Below, piece after piece: positions 61,944 to 64,000 of a stretch of 64,000 nucleotides of DNA. Position numbers and translations under genes: made by a program. Positions within the stretch are counted from its first letter, which is position 1; every line of letters starts with the position of its first letter. The DNA is from Neocallimastix sp. 'constans'. Lineage: Eukaryota. The stretch lies in NCBI GenBank assembly GCA_050613775.1, contig JBODTK010000106.1, forward strand, positions 310,001 to 374,000. Reading direction: 5' to 3'. The notes beneath the pieces are model-generated. The model searched no databases. It had not been told where the DNA came from and saw nothing but the letters and a program-made list of their open reading frames with translations.

Positions 61944-63881
61944 GAATAAAAATAAAAATGTACATACAATGAAAGAAAGGTATCCTTGATATATTCCATT
62001 AAGAGTTTTAAAATTTGAATAATATCCTACAGGAATACGAGCATATCTTACAGAACCAATAGATTCATAATAAAATCTACATGTAAAAACAATTATTATT
62101 CTGTATAATACAGCCAGAAAAATAACTGAAAAAACTATTATAAATAAGCGTTTATTATTTAAAGTATATACTATTAAAGTTTTTGTTTTATAAATACGGT
62201 AAATACGATAAGCAACCGCAAACATTGGAATATATATTAAATTTGTTCCAAGAGTATCAATAATAAGGAATAGTTTTATTTTTAAAAGGGAATAAGGTGG
62301 AATGAATTTCAATACTTTTATCAAATTTAAAATACATCCGAGTACAATGAAATTACAAAATATAGGTGATATGACTTTCATGTATGGATGATTTTTTAAT
62401 TTGATAGTCATATAGATATAAAAAGTAAAAAATAGGATGGTTATCGTGCTAACTAAAATGGATAATATTCCATAGATACCCAAATGATCAGTGATAAATT
62501 TATATACATTAGTTAATGAAAATTTTATATAATCCAAATCATTTGTAATAAAATAATTTTTAAATCGAATTGGAATTAAATATAATATTTCAAAAAATGG
62601 TACCATGGTATCTGATTTAAAAATATCTCTAATGTATAATTTTTTCATTTTTTCCATTACTTGACATAGTATTGGATTATCTTGACAATAATTTTGTAAA
62701 TCTTGATCGGTATCCATTTTAGAAAAATCAAATGTTGGAATACTTCCAAAATTTTTTGCTCTAAATAATTGAGCATCTTTATCGGTTAGAATGAGAGCAA
62801 TTTCAGCTAAAAGTTCAGGATTAATTTTACTAAATTTATTTGCTACTAAATATTTATGAGTTGTAGCTGTTTGATATTTTGGTGGTAGAGATAAAGGAAT
62901 TTCATAATTTGAATATTCTGATCTAAAAATATAATGATGAGAAGCTTTTGCTTTAAAAAATGATGAATTATTTTTTTTAAAATAATTATAGGCATCATCT
63001 AAACTGGTTAAAGCAGCATTTCTTGCATTATTTTTTTCCGAAAAAGTTCTTACTAAATCACGAAATTCTGTATAGTAGTTGGTCGAAGATTTATTTGTAA
63101 ATAAATCCATGTAATTTGAATCATATTCCGGTGATAAATTATAATGATTACTAGTATATTCAATTACAAAATTTAATAAGTCATTATCATCGCCGAAAGC
63201 CACTCTTAGTGGTTGAGCATTGCTTTCCATTTGCTTGATTAAATCATTCCATGTATAATTTTCCATATTTTGTAATAAGAGTTGAGTATCATTATAAGAT
63301 TTTGAATATTTTTCATCTTTTCCATGATAATATAAAACATCGAAATCGTATTCGAAAGGAATTCCAATAATTTTATTTTCATAAATGCCGTAACTTAAAA
63401 TTTTCGGATCATGAAATTCCAAATCTTTTTTATTTATATATTTTGATAAATCGTGCAATAACTCAAGAGAAGGTTGTCTATAATTTATTTCACTCAAGAT
63501 TAATGGAGATTCCATTAAAGCCATTTCATTAAATAAAATTCGTTCATCCATCACAACAAAATCATATTCTTTTTTTGATAATTTTGATGCTAAATCATTC
63601 ATATAATTTAAAGCCACTGGTTGTCCACTACTTTCCACTGGTAAATATGGATAAAAATATATATCAATTTCATAATTATTTAAAATTTCATGATTCTTTG
63701 TTTTTTCAATAAAATAATTATTTAATTCTTTCCTATATCTTTCCCATTCCTCACGAGGAATATTATCAGGCATATCTGGTTGTTTCATACATATTTTTAT
63801 TCTTTGTTTATCTGCCCATATTATTTTTGATAAAAACAACAAATAAATTAAAAAAACTTTTAAAATATTTCGAAAATTCAT
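61381..63881 (-). CDS. SBP-GPCR fusion, copy B (exons 63881-61968, 61758-61381; ~763 aa)
   Basis: Near-identical to copy A, including the intron, except for a different, shorter C-terminal tail. Confidence 0.85.
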
Positions 63882-64000
63882 TATTTTTATTATTATTATT
63901 TATTATAATTTATTATTATTATTATTTTTTATTATTTATTATTTACAATTTATTATTTATAATTTATTATTTATTATTTATTATTTATTATTTATTATTT

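Overview
Extremely AT-rich, intron-containing eukaryotic DNA. Gene content and style (SBP-7TM receptors, homopolymer-rich introns) point to an anaerobic gut fungus (Neocallimastigomycota); this is inference, not a database result. Positions 1-18 kb contain no recognisable gene and are littered with mobile-element remnants: a copia RT relic, a Mutator-type MITE with 9-bp TSD, a young 1.3-kb non-autonomous LTR element, tRNA-headed retroposons and a 46-47-bp satellite. Genes: phosphoglucomutase, a C2H2 zinc-finger protein, ribosomal protein eS1/S3a, a coiled-coil protein, a class-3 lipase-like protein with about 100 Asn, an OS-9/Yos9 ER lectin, an Agd3-like secreted deacetylase and two near-identical solute-binding-protein/class C GPCR fusions. 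A decayed LINE, several fragments of its family and a MULE transposase relic with a foldback satellite are also present. Most notable: the LTR element's primer-binding site matches the anticodon arm of tRNA-Lys(CTT) in the half-tRNA priming register and has an internal anti-PBS copy; a tRNA-Cys 3' half is fused to a LINE tail; and a 9-nt LINE retrocopy carries a perfect 14-bp TSD. All exon boundaries and alignments were read by eye.
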